NCBI GenBank assembly: GCA_017694225.1
Contig: JADINH010000174.1
Location: 8,807-72,806 of the forward strand
Direction: 5' to 3'
Length of the DNA stretch: 64,000 bases
DNA from: Candidatus Avisuccinivibrio stercorigallinarum
GTDB lineage: Bacteria > Pseudomonadota > Gammaproteobacteria > Enterobacterales > Succinivibrionaceae
In this document: positions 9,961 to 18,970 of the stretch, piece by piece
Numbering within the stretch: the stretch's first letter is position 1
How the letters are laid out: the number at the start of each line of letters is the position of its first letter
Made by a program: the position numbers and the translations under genes
The notes under the pieces: generated by a model
What the model saw: only the letters and a program-made list of their open reading frames with translations
Told to the model about the DNA's origin: nothing
Databases searched by the model: none

Positions 9961-10842
9961 ATGTTTAAGATAGCCGGCCACACCATGGGCACCCCTGAGT
10001 ACACCGTGTGTGAAGCCATTGAATTAATGAAGAAAATCGGCGCTGACGGCGTGGAGATTGTGGTGCAGGATGATTACCGCTCCGGCCTGCCCTGCGACTG
10101 CGATGAACAGACCTTAAAGGAAGTAAAGGACTGTGCAGACAGGAACGGCATTAAGATCATCTGCCTGACCCCTTACAATTCCTACTTCAATGCCCTGGAT
10201 GAAGAGCTGCGCCAAAAAGAGATCGCAGCCATCAAAAAGGTCATCGGCTACTGTGATTACTTTGGGGCCAAGTACATCCGCATCTACGGCGGCAATCAGG
10301 CTGCAGATGATCACGAGAAGATCCCCGAGCGCCGCGCCAAATTAATTGAATCCATGCGTGAGCTTGGCGATGCCGCACAGGAAAAGGGCGTGACTTTGGT
10401 GATTGAAAACCACTTCAACACCATGTCTGTGTCAGCCAGGGCCAGTGCAGAGCTCTGCCGTGACATCAACCATCCGGCCGTGCGCATTCTTTACGATCAG
10501 GCCAATCTGACCTTTACTGAGAATGAGAACTGGCAGGAGGCCATTGCCATTCAGCAGCAGTACGTGGCCTATATGCACGTCAAGGATCTGGTGTTCAAAA
10601 AAGGTGTGGCCTTTACCTCTTCAAATGTGGCGCACCCGGACGAGTCCGAGCGCAACGTCTATACCCGCATCGTCGGTGAGGGTGTAGTGCCCTGGCCTGA
10701 GATCCTCCGCAAGGTCAAGGAGCTGGGTTACGACGGCTGGCTCTCGCTTGAATACGAGCGCCGCTGGCACCCCGATGACATTCCTGATGCATCCATCGGC
10801 ATGAAGAAGAGCATCGATTATCTGCGCAGCATTAAACTTTAG
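9961..10842 (+). CDS. Xylose-isomerase-like TIM-barrel protein (sugar phosphate isomerase/epimerase family)
   Basis: Pattern of the AP_endonuc_2 / xylose isomerase-like family (VIENH, HVKD, LSLEYE). The likely start is MFKIAGHT at 9961. Confidence 0.8.
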   Translation: MFKIAGHTMGTPEYTVCEAIELMKKIGADGVEIVVQDDYRSGLPCDCDEQTLKEVKDCADRNGIKIICLTPYNSYFNALDEELRQKEIAAIKKVIGYCDYFGAKYIRIYGGNQAADDHEKIPERRAKLIESMRELGDAAQEKGVTLVIENHFNTMSVSARASAELCRDINHPAVRILYDQANLTFTENENWQEAIAIQQQYVAYMHVKDLVFKKGVAFTSSNVAHPDESERNVYTRIVGEGVVPWPEILRKVKELGYDGWLSLEYERRWHPDDIPDASIGMKKSIDYLRSIKL

Positions 10843-10856
10843 GTAAAGCCCGGGAG

Positions 10857-11849
10857 ATGGATATGCAAAACACTGAAAATTTAAAAATCGCGCTGCTTGG
10901 TGTCAGCCACTGGCACCTGCCGCTCTATCTCCCCGGGCTCCCTGAGGGCTCGGTGGTGGCGGTCAGCGATGACGATCCCAAGCTGGCCGCAGCCATTGCG
11001 GCCCCTTACGGCTGCCCGGTGTATACCGATTATCAGCAGATGCTGCGTGAGGCTCGGCCTGATTTTGTCTTTGCCTTTGCACCGCATTACCGCATGCACA
11101 AGCTCGCGGTGGATCTGATTGAGGCCGGACTGCCCTTTACCATTGAAAAGCCGGCCGGCCTGAACCGCGCTGAGGTGGAGGACATTTACAACCGCATTGA
11201 GCAGAAAAAGGGCTTTTGCGCCATTCCTTTCGTCTGGCGCTACAGCGATACGGTCAATGACTTAAAGCGCTGCTATCTGGACGGCAAGATTGTGCACATG
11301 TCCTATAAGTTCGTGGCAGGACCGCCTTCACGTTATCTGGCCACTTCACGCTGGATGCTCTCAAAGGAGACTGCAGGCGGCGGCTGCATGACCAATTTGG
11401 GCGTGCACTTTATCGACATGGCGCTCTACCTTACTGACAACAATAAGGCCGATACCCTGGCCTCCATCTATCAGTACGCAAGCGAGTATGACATCGAGAC
11501 TTATGCCTCGTCCATGCTGCGTCTGCCCGGCGGGGCTTCGCTGCTGCTGGAGACCGGTTATGCCTATCCGATGACCGAAAATGAAAAGCGTGAAAACCGC
11601 TGGACCATCGTCACCGAAAACGGCTATTACATCCTGGCTGACAACAAGCTGGAGATGCGCGTCTTTTATAAAGAGCCCAAACAGGTGTCCCTGAACACTG
11701 ACAGTGACCCCTACTATGAGATCTTTGCCCGCACCACTTTGCAGGACTTTGTCAGCGGCACCCGTCCGCGCGCTTCCTTAAAGGAAATGCTCGACACCCG
11801 CATCATCCTCGATGAGATGGATGCCAAAGCAGCTGCGGCTCAGGCTTAA
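10857..11849 (+). CDS. Gfo/Idh/MocA-family oxidoreductase (second copy)
   Basis: N-terminal Rossmann-like KIALLGVSHWH and the EKP motif (TIEKPAG). This is a divergent paralogue of 8991..9941. Confidence 0.8.
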   Translation: MDMQNTENLKIALLGVSHWHLPLYLPGLPEGSVVAVSDDDPKLAAAIAAPYGCPVYTDYQQMLREARPDFVFAFAPHYRMHKLAVDLIEAGLPFTIEKPAGLNRAEVEDIYNRIEQKKGFCAIPFVWRYSDTVNDLKRCYLDGKIVHMSYKFVAGPPSRYLATSRWMLSKETAGGGCMTNLGVHFIDMALYLTDNNKADTLASIYQYASEYDIETYASSMLRLPGGASLLLETGYAYPMTENEKRENRWTIVTENGYYILADNKLEMRVFYKEPKQVSLNTDSDPYYEIFARTTLQDFVSGTRPRASLKEMLDTRIILDEMDAKAAAAQA

Positions 11850-11865
11850 GGCAAGGGAGGTTTTT

Positions 11866-12642
11866 ATGAAACTTGGTGGTTTTGGTTTTGTAAAGGACTA
11901 CCCGCTTATCAAGGCCGCAGGCTTTGATTATGCAGAGCTTGATATGCCGCAGCTGGAGAGCATGAGCGCTGAGGACTTTGCGGCCTTTAAGGCAAAGACG
12001 CAGGAGCTCGGCCTGCCGCTGCCCACCGGCGCGCGCATTCTGCCCATTGTGGAGCCGACATTTTTCGTAGAGGGCTTTAAGCCTGAGAGCTTAAAGGATT
12101 ATCTTGAGCGCACCTGCAGCAGATCCGCAGAGCTTGGCATCAAAAAGGTGATCTTAGGCAACGGCAAAGCAAGAGCCCTGCCCACCCCTGAGAGCATCAA
12201 ATATGAGGGCGTCTTCATCGACTTCCTGCGCATGCTCGCAGACATTGCAGCAGATAACGGGCAGGAGCTGATTTTGGAGCCCTTAGGGCCCAAGTACTCC
12301 AACTACATCAACACCGTCCCGCAGGCGGTGGAGCTTATTAAGAAGGCAGGGCGGGACAATATCTTCACCATGGCAGATCTGCGCCACATGGTCTGGTCCA
12401 AGGAAGATTTATCTGACATCGGCACATACGTGGACTATATCCATCATGTGCATGTCGATTATCCGCTCTCCTTCCCGGAGCGCCGCTGGCCGGTGCCGGG
12501 CTGTGATTACGACTATGCGCCTTTTATTGCCGCCCTGAAGGCATCGGGCTATGACGGCACGCTGACCGTGGAGGCTGATGTGCCTGAGGACTGGAATACC
12601 GCCGGAGCTCAGGTCCGGGAGGTTTTAAAGGAGCTGTTTTAA
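11866..12642 (+). CDS. Xylose-isomerase-like TIM-barrel protein (second copy)
   Basis: About 258 aa with a TIM-barrel sugar isomerase/epimerase pattern (ILEPL, HVHVD, LTVEA). The ATG at 11866 is preceded by GGGAGG. Confidence 0.75.
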   Translation: MKLGGFGFVKDYPLIKAAGFDYAELDMPQLESMSAEDFAAFKAKTQELGLPLPTGARILPIVEPTFFVEGFKPESLKDYLERTCSRSAELGIKKVILGNGKARALPTPESIKYEGVFIDFLRMLADIAADNGQELILEPLGPKYSNYINTVPQAVELIKKAGRDNIFTMADLRHMVWSKEDLSDIGTYVDYIHHVHVDYPLSFPERRWPVPGCDYDYAPFIAALKASGYDGTLTVEADVPEDWNTAGAQVREVLKELF

Positions 12643-12774
12643 TCAGCCTGTAACAGTTTGGTACAGCCGCCCAAAATGCACAACGTGCAGCAGATGATCC
12701 CAAACGGGCGGTTGTATTAAGTTTTCTGAGGCGCTTTGTCCCCTTGGCGCCTTTCCTGCATCTATCCCATCCAG

Positions 12775-13802
12775 TCAGTAATACCGATAGTACTGCACCT
12801 TCTTTACCGGCAGCACGCTCTGTCCTGTCTGCTTCAGACAGGCGCGCGGATCGGCAAAAAAGCGCAGGATGTCCTCCGGGCTGAAAACATGCTGGGCGCT
12901 TAAATCTTGGTGGAGATTATTTTCAGCAAACTCATACCGCGGACAGCAGCGCATGAGCTGCGTCATTACCTCCTCCTTGCTGCACTCAAGGGCGCGGGCG
13001 CTGAGCTCAAGCTCTGCGCTGAAGTACTCCTGCACCTCAGATAAGGTAAAGCCGAGCACGCTCTGCCAGCATTTTTCCTGTGAGATCTGCAGCAGGCAGT
13101 CGGTGTCATCTCTGATAAAGAACTTATGCTGCGCAGCCGCATACTCAAGCAGGTACTTTTCGTAGATGTTGTTACCGGTAACAAGAATAAAACGGAAATG
13201 GGGATGGCATACCCGCATCATGCACAGGAACTGAGAGATGGTGCAGAAAATGGCTTTCTGCAGCTCCGGAATGCCCCTGGAGGCCTCAAGCGGAGCGCTG
13301 AGATTGTCAATGAGCAGCACCAGTGAACACTCCGGCACTGCAGAAAAGATGTCCTGCGCGAGATCTGCACTGTCAGGCGGGGTGTCTGCCCCATAAAACT
13401 CATCGTCAGTCTCGACCAGCCGGCCTTCTTGATCGCGCAGCTGCAGCTTTTGCAGCTGCGCCTCAAACATGAGCTCAAGGCCTGCTCAAACTCAGCTCCG
13501 CTTTCGGCCCTGGCAAAGCATGCAAAATCAATCAGCATCACCGGATAGCGCTTCGCGCTCCTGCCTGCCATCAGCTTTTCAAGCTTAAGCCCGGCAAAGG
13601 GTTCCAGGCCTTTGGTAAAAAAGGTCTTGATGGTGTCAAGCAGCAGGCTTTTGCCAAAGCCGTCTGGCCTGGCCAGCTGAAAGCCTTTGGAGGCATAGTA
13701 CAACAGCTCAAAGATAAGATCGGTCTTATCGACGTAGACGGCGCCTGATCGGCGCAGCTCTTCAAAGGAGCCCCGGCAGGATGATCGGGTGGTATCGTGC
13801 AT
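12775..13802 (-). pseudogene. Frameshifted paralogue of the short AAA-ATPase-like gene at 13813..14844
   Basis: Two overlapping minus-strand ORFs (13218..13892 and 12775..13470) together reproduce the neighbour's full architecture. The N part is FEELRRSGAVYVDKTD...ARPDGFGKSLL. The C part is SLVLLIDN...CCPRYEF...FFADP. The frames switch near 13470-13490 (...AEFEQAL / LELMFEAQL), consistent with a 1-nt indel. The ATG at 13802 is preceded by GGAGG. Confidence 0.7.
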
Positions 13803-13812
13803 GGCTGCCTCC

Positions 13813-14844
13813 CTAATAATCGCCGCTTCCCAGCACCTGTACCGGCGGCAGCTGTGCAGAGGCCCGGCTGAGGCTGCCTGCGTGGTCTGCAAAGAAGTTC
13901 AGCACATCCTGCGGCCGGTATTCAGGTGTCAGTTCTTCTGTATCTGCGTTTGTCAGCCATCTTCTGCTGTCTTGCTGAACATAGCGCGGGCAGCAGAGTC
14001 TGAGCTTGTCCATTACCGCGCTGCGGCTGCAGTTCAGGGCGCGGGCGGTATGCTCCAGCGGGGAAGCAAAGTATTCTGCAATTTCCTCCTCAGAGAAGCT
14101 CAGCAGCACATGGCCGTCACGACTGCACGTTAAATCCCATAGCACGCAGGTAGGGATGGAGTGGATAAAGTAATGGATGCTGTCTCCCACGAGATCCCGG
14201 AAGACCCGGGTGCCGGTCACGATCTCCAGCAGAAAGCAGGACTGATCCTTAAGGATGATAAAGAAGCCTTCGATCACACCAAAGATTCGCCGCTGCAGCT
14301 CTTCTGATCGGCCCTTTGCGGCATTGATGGGCGCATCGAAGTTGTCCACGAGCAGCACCAGCGAGTCGTATGGCAGCTTGTCTAACAAGAAGTCCAGAGC
14401 AAAATTTGGATACCTTGGGTCTTCCTCAAAGCAGCGGTTAACATCGATGCGGGCCCCATCTTGGCCGCGCAGCTCCAGCCTGGCAAGCTCATGCTGTATG
14501 TACTGATAGAAGCTGCTTCTAAACTCCTCAGCTGTTTCAAAGTTCGAAATCCGGGCAAGGTCGAGGTGCACCACCGGGGTGGGCTTTAAATCTTTGCGCA
14601 GCTCAATGCTGGAAATCTTAAGCCCGGCAAAAGGCTCCAGACCCTTGGTGAAAAAAGTCTTTAAGGTGCCCACGAACAGGCTTTTGCCAAAACCTTCGGG
14701 GCGGGCAATTTGATAGCCGCGAGCGGCGTGGTTGAGCAAGTCTGCAATCAGATCGGTCTTGTCGACGTAGACGGCGCCGGAGCGGCGCAGTTCTTCAAAG
14801 GAGTTGCAGTTATCTGAGAAAACAGGATTGAAATTGCTGCTCAT
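13813..14844 (-). CDS. Short AAA-ATPase-like (PF09820-type) protein lacking the C-terminal nuclease module
   Basis: FEELRRSGAVYVDKTD...ARPEGFGKSLFVGTL matches the N-terminal signature of the 583-aa protein at 838..2589. The protein ends after the ...VLNFFADH segment. Confidence 0.75.
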   Translation of the reverse strand: MSSNFNPVFSDNCNSFEELRRSGAVYVDKTDLIADLLNHAARGYQIARPEGFGKSLFVGTLKTFFTKGLEPFAGLKISSIELRKDLKPTPVVHLDLARISNFETAEEFRSSFYQYIQHELARLELRGQDGARIDVNRCFEEDPRYPNFALDFLLDKLPYDSLVLLVDNFDAPINAAKGRSEELQRRIFGVIEGFFIILKDQSCFLLEIVTGTRVFRDLVGDSIHYFIHSIPTCVLWDLTCSRDGHVLLSFSEEEIAEYFASPLEHTARALNCSRSAVMDKLRLCCPRYVQQDSRRWLTNADTEELTPEYRPQDVLNFFADHAGSLSRASAQLPPVQVLGSGDY

Positions 14845-14954
14845 AACAAAGTCCTCTAAATTTTTGGATTGAAGTTAATGAGCAGATTTTAAAGGATTTC
14901 CGGGCGGTGCGAAATGCTGATTTTCTTTGCGCAGCTGTCCGCCCGGGGCAATAG

Positions 14955-16325
14955 TTATTTGCCGATGCAGAAGGTCGAAAAGATGCGGCCTAAGATTTCA
15001 TCTGAGGTGATCTTCCCGGTAATGGCGGATAAATGCTCCGCAGCGATGGCAGCCTCGCGGGCGCAAAGCACCAGATCACCCTGGGCAAGCTGCCATTCAC
15101 AGCGCTCCACGGCATCAAGGCAGTCCTGCAGCGCCTGCAGATGACGGCGGCGCGCAGAGTACACCCCGGCGGTGGGCATGATGCCCAAAGCCTGCTGCAG
15201 CTCCTTTCTCAGGGCATCAAGGCCGTCTGCGCTCTTAACTGAGAGCGAAATCTGCGGCAGGGCGGCAAAGAGCTCGCTTTCCATCATGGCGTTAAAGCTT
15301 GGGTCTGCCTTAAGGTCGGCCTTGGATTTGAGCACCAGAAGCTTGAGGTCAGACCCAAGCTGCTCTTTAATCTGCTGCAGTGACTGCGCTGCGGCTTCAC
15401 CTGATGCGGTGCGATCGGCCATCAGGAGCACTAAGTCAGCCTTTTTAAGCTCGGTCAGCGCCCGCTTGATGCCGATGGCTTCAATCTCGTCGCCGGGGTT
15501 GTCGCGCAGGCCTGCAGTATCGGTGATCACCACCGGAATGCCGCCCACCTCAATATTGACCGAGAGCACATCACGGGTAGTGCCCGGGATATTAGTGACG
15601 ATGGCTTTGTCAGCCCCGGCCAGGGCGTTGAGCAGGCTGGATTTGCCGGCATTGGGCGCACCGGCCAGCACCAGGCGGGCGCCTTCATTTAACTTCACGC
15701 CCTGATTGGCGCTGTCAAAGGCGGCCTGGGCATCGGCCTTGATGGCGGCAAGATCTGCAGCGGCAGCACCGCTGTCAAAGAAGTCCTCATGCTCCTCGGG
15801 AAAATCCAGGCAGGCCTCAATGCGCACGCGGAAGTTGGTGAGCTTTTCGGTGATGGCATTAAGGCGCTCCTCAAAGCGGCCTTCAAGCGAGGACAGGGCA
15901 GCTTTGGCGGCACTCTCGGAGCCTGCTGAAATGAGATCTTCCACGGCTTCGGCGGCAGTGAGATCAAGCTTGCCGTTTAAGAAGGCGCGCTTGGTGAACT
16001 CGCCGGGCTCAGCCATGCGGATGCCGGGCAGCTTTAACAGGGCAGAGAGCACGCGCTGCGGTGCGATATTGCCGGCATGGCCCTGAAATTCCACCACGTC
16101 CTCACCGGTGTAGGAGTGCGGGGCCTTGAAATACAGCACTACGCCTTCATCGAGGGGCTCCTGGTTAAGGGCAAAGGTTTTGAAATAGGCAAAGCGGGGT
16201 TTGGGATCTTTAAGACCGGTTAAGGCCTCTAAAGCAGAGAGTGCCAGATCTCCTGACACTCTCACGATGGCCACGCCGCCGCGCCCCGGCGCGGTGGCGA
16301 TGGCGGCAATGGTATCTGCTGACAT
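14955..16325 (-). CDS. mnmE: tRNA uridine-5-carboxymethylaminomethyl modification GTPase MnmE
   Basis: G-domain motifs GAPNAGKSSLLN and DTAGLR; the C-terminal FCIGK tail typical of MnmE/TrmE. Position downstream of yidC is the usual synteny. Confidence 0.95.
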   Translation of the reverse strand: MSADTIAAIATAPGRGGVAIVRVSGDLALSALEALTGLKDPKPRFAYFKTFALNQEPLDEGVVLYFKAPHSYTGEDVVEFQGHAGNIAPQRVLSALLKLPGIRMAEPGEFTKRAFLNGKLDLTAAEAVEDLISAGSESAAKAALSSLEGRFEERLNAITEKLTNFRVRIEACLDFPEEHEDFFDSGAAAADLAAIKADAQAAFDSANQGVKLNEGARLVLAGAPNAGKSSLLNALAGADKAIVTNIPGTTRDVLSVNIEVGGIPVVITDTAGLRDNPGDEIEAIGIKRALTELKKADLVLLMADRTASGEAAAQSLQQIKEQLGSDLKLLVLKSKADLKADPSFNAMMESELFAALPQISLSVKSADGLDALRKELQQALGIMPTAGVYSARRRHLQALQDCLDAVERCEWQLAQGDLVLCAREAAIAAEHLSAITGKITSDEILGRIFSTFCIGK

Positions 16326-16330
16326 GTTAA

Positions 16331-17986
16331 TTAAGCTTTTTCAGTCTTCTCTGACTTCTTTGGCTGTCTTACCTGCAGGCCCTTCTTCTCCAATGATCTG
16401 AAGATCACAATCTGCTGCATGATGGTGAAGCAGTTGGATACCAGCCAGTACAGGGTCAGACCTGCCGGGAAGGTGCAGAACATGAAGGTGAACACAATCG
16501 GCATGGCCATGAAGACCTTGCGCTGAATCGGATCATTGATCGGGGTCGGTGACATCTTCTGGATGAAGAACATCGAAATACCGTACAGGATAGGGGTCAC
16601 GAAGTACGGATCGTGCACGGACAAGTCGGTGATCCAGAGGATGAACGGAGCATGGCGCAGCTCAGTTGATTCCATCAGCGTCCAGTACAGGGCGATGAAG
16701 ATAGGCATCTGAATGAGCAGCGGGAAGCAGCCGCCCAATGGATTGACCTTTTCGGTCTTGTACAGGCGCATGGTCTCCTGGCCGAGCTTCTGGCGGTCGT
16801 CCTTGTAACGCTCGCGGATCTCCTGCATCTTCGGGGTGAGCAGGCGCATCTTGGCCATGGAGGTGTACTGTGCCTTGGTTAAGGGGAAGAGCACCGAGCG
16901 CACCACTAAGGTCAGGATAATAATCGAGACGCCCCAGTTGCCCACGAAGCCGTGGATGAACTCCATGATCTTAAAGAGCGGAATGGAGATGAACCACAGC
17001 CAGCCGTAATCGACGGTGAGGTCAAGGTTCGGGGCCAGCACTTCCATCTGATCCTGATTCTTGGGACCAATCCACATCTGAGCCTTGAAGTCATGGCTTG
17101 AACCTGCCGGAATGGCCACGGCATTGGTGCGGATGCCGATGATGGCATCGCGGCCGTTCTCAGCTGAGTTGGAGTAAATCACATTCTGAGTGTTGTCGCC
17201 GATCCAGGCTGCCACGAAGTAATGCTGAATCATGGCCACCCAGCCGTCGGAGGTTGACACGTTGAGGTTCTGCTTCTCGTTGGCAAGATCAATCAAGTCT
17301 TCAAACTTGTTCTTCTCGTATCTTGAGTCATCAGAGGAGTAGGCAGAGCCGCGGTAGGCGCCGGCCACAAAGCCGAAGGCACCGGCATTGGACTGGGCCT
17401 GAATGTCGACGGTCTGCTTTAACTGGCCGTAGAAGGCCATGGAGAGCTCGCGCTCAGACTTGTTGTCCACTAAGTTTGAGACCTCAACCACATAGCTGCC
17501 GCGCTTTAAGGTGATGGTCTTGGTATAGGTGACGCCGCCGTCTTCGTAGGTCAGCACTGCACTGACGCTGTCCTGGCCGTCCTCAAGCGCATAGTTGTTC
17601 TGGGCGCTGGTATAGGCAGGGCGGGCCTTGGAGTCCGGGCCGTCACGGCCGGCCAGGCCGCTTTGTGCAATGTAAACGAAGTTGGGCTCATCCATGAGCA
17701 GGTGGAAAGGATCATCCTTGCCCTGCTCCTGCAGAACTTTGAGCAGCTTGGCATCGATAATATCGCCGCCGTTTAAGTCAATGGTGAGCTGCAGATTGTC
17801 GCTTGAGAGCGTAATCAGTTTGCCGATGGAACTTGCAGCCTGGGCATTGGTGTTCATCAGCTCAGCATTCTGGGCCTCAACCTCTGCTCTGCGTGCATCG
17901 ACTATCTGATCGTTTTCCCATGCCCAATATAAGAACAGGGACAGGATCAAAAAAAGAATAAAGAGTATGTTTCTTTGCTGTTCCAT
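16331..17986 (-). CDS. yidC: Membrane protein insertase YidC
   Basis: 551 aa with an N-terminal TM segment, a large periplasmic domain and a conserved C-terminal core (PLGGCFPLLIQMPIFIALY). Synteny is rnpA-yidD-yidC. Confidence 0.95.
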   Translation of the reverse strand: MEQQRNILFILFLILSLFLYWAWENDQIVDARRAEVEAQNAELMNTNAQAASSIGKLITLSSDNLQLTIDLNGGDIIDAKLLKVLQEQGKDDPFHLLMDEPNFVYIAQSGLAGRDGPDSKARPAYTSAQNNYALEDGQDSVSAVLTYEDGGVTYTKTITLKRGSYVVEVSNLVDNKSERELSMAFYGQLKQTVDIQAQSNAGAFGFVAGAYRGSAYSSDDSRYEKNKFEDLIDLANEKQNLNVSTSDGWVAMIQHYFVAAWIGDNTQNVIYSNSAENGRDAIIGIRTNAVAIPAGSSHDFKAQMWIGPKNQDQMEVLAPNLDLTVDYGWLWFISIPLFKIMEFIHGFVGNWGVSIIILTLVVRSVLFPLTKAQYTSMAKMRLLTPKMQEIRERYKDDRQKLGQETMRLYKTEKVNPLGGCFPLLIQMPIFIALYWTLMESTELRHAPFILWITDLSVHDPYFVTPILYGISMFFIQKMSPTPINDPIQRKVFMAMPIVFTFMFCTFPAGLTLYWLVSNCFTIMQQIVIFRSLEKKGLQVRQPKKSEKTEKA

Positions 17987-18011
17987 GGAAAGATTTTCCT
18001 TGGCAAAAAGA

Positions 18012-18257
18012 TTATTTCTTTGGCTTTTTGGGCACCGGATCTATGCCGCCCGGATTTAACGGGTGACAGCGGCAGATCCTCTTAGTGCCCAGGTAAATAC
18101 CTTTGGCAAGACCCCATTCCTGAATGGCTTCTAAGGTGTACTGTGAACAACTCGGGTAAAAACGGCAGTGCTGGCCCAGCAGAGGACTTAAAATCTTCTG
18201 ATAGGTTCTGATCATCAGGACTGCTGATTGTCCAAGCGGCGAGAGATGCTGTTCCAT
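18012..18257 (-). CDS. yidD: Membrane protein insertion efficiency factor YidD
   Basis: [25 protein letters not shown]...[13 protein letters not shown] matches YidD. The start is taken at MEQHLSPL (18257) rather than the longer ORF-track start at 18278. Confidence 0.9.
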   Translation of the reverse strand: MEQHLSPLGQSAVLMIRTYQKILSPLLGQHCRFYPSCSQYTLEAIQEWGLAKGIYLGTKRICRCHPLNPGGIDPVPKKPKK

Positions 18258-18580
18258 AAGCGCGTTAAAGCTGCACAAAAATCTTTGTTACTTATCTCAC
18301 CTATCTTCGGCCGGGCGATGAACACCAGATCAGCTGCAGGTAGGGTATCCTGGTGTAATCTAAAAGTTTCGCGGACGAGGCGCTTGACGCGGTTGCGCCA
18401 GACAGCCCGTTTTAAAACTTTTTTAGGTACAACCAGTCCGAGCCGTGGCCTGTTTAAGCCGTTCTTTTTGGCAAGAACTACAATTCCAGGGGCACTGGCA
18501 CGGACAGGGTTTTTAAATACCGCATCAAATTCCTCGGATTTGAGCAGACGCCCTTCACGAGGAAAGGAAGTATTAGCCAT
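18215..18580 (-). CDS. rnpA: Ribonuclease P protein component
   Basis: 121-aa basic protein ([26 protein letters not shown]) immediately after rpmH. Its start overlaps the rpmH stop. Confidence 0.9.
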   Translation of the reverse strand: MANTSFPREGRLLKSEEFDAVFKNPVRASAPGIVVLAKKNGLNRPRLGLVVPKKVLKRAVWRNRVKRLVRETFRLHQDTLPAADLVFIARPKIGEISNKDFCAALTRLWNSISRRLDNQQS

Positions 18581-18716
18581 TAACAGTAGTTAAACGCTTG
18601 CGGCCCTTTGCACGGCGGCGGGCTAACACTTTGCGGCCGTCAGCAGTACGCATGCGGACACGGAAGCCGTGGGTGCGCTTGCGCTTTAATACGTTAGGCT
18701 GGAAAGTACGTTTCAT
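18573..18716 (-). CDS. rpmH: 50S ribosomal protein L34
   Basis: Hand translation of the minus strand gives [47 protein letters not shown]. It is below the ORF-track length cutoff. It sits in the classical position upstream of rnpA. Confidence 0.9.
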   Translation of the reverse strand: MKRTFQPNVLKRKRTHGFRVRMRTADGRKVLARRRAKGRKRLTTVNG

Positions 18717-18790
18717 GATTTATATCCTCAGTAAAAACGTAGGTTTTAAAATATTTTTTTCGTTCTCTAGGTGGCTGAAATTCCGCTTTT

Positions 18791-18799
18791 TTATGCACA
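18791..18799 (+). promoter_or_regulatory. Consensus DnaA box (TTATNCACA) in the rpmH-dnaA intergenic region
   Basis: TTATGCACA at 18791-18799 fits the consensus exactly. A second 8/9 box, CTATTCACA, lies at 18928-18936, just upstream of the dnaA start. Confidence 0.5.
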
Positions 18800-18970
18800 G
18801 CACAAGGCCGCAGAGTTTTAGACACCGCTGTAAAGTGCTGTATTCTACTCTGTATTTCAAGCTGTGGTCAAGGTCTAAACTGTGATAAAATGCCTCACGT
18901 TTTTCTTAGGGCCAGTATTCCTCCCCTCTATTCACAACAAGAAGAATAAAGAGCGCAAACGGTTTCACAA

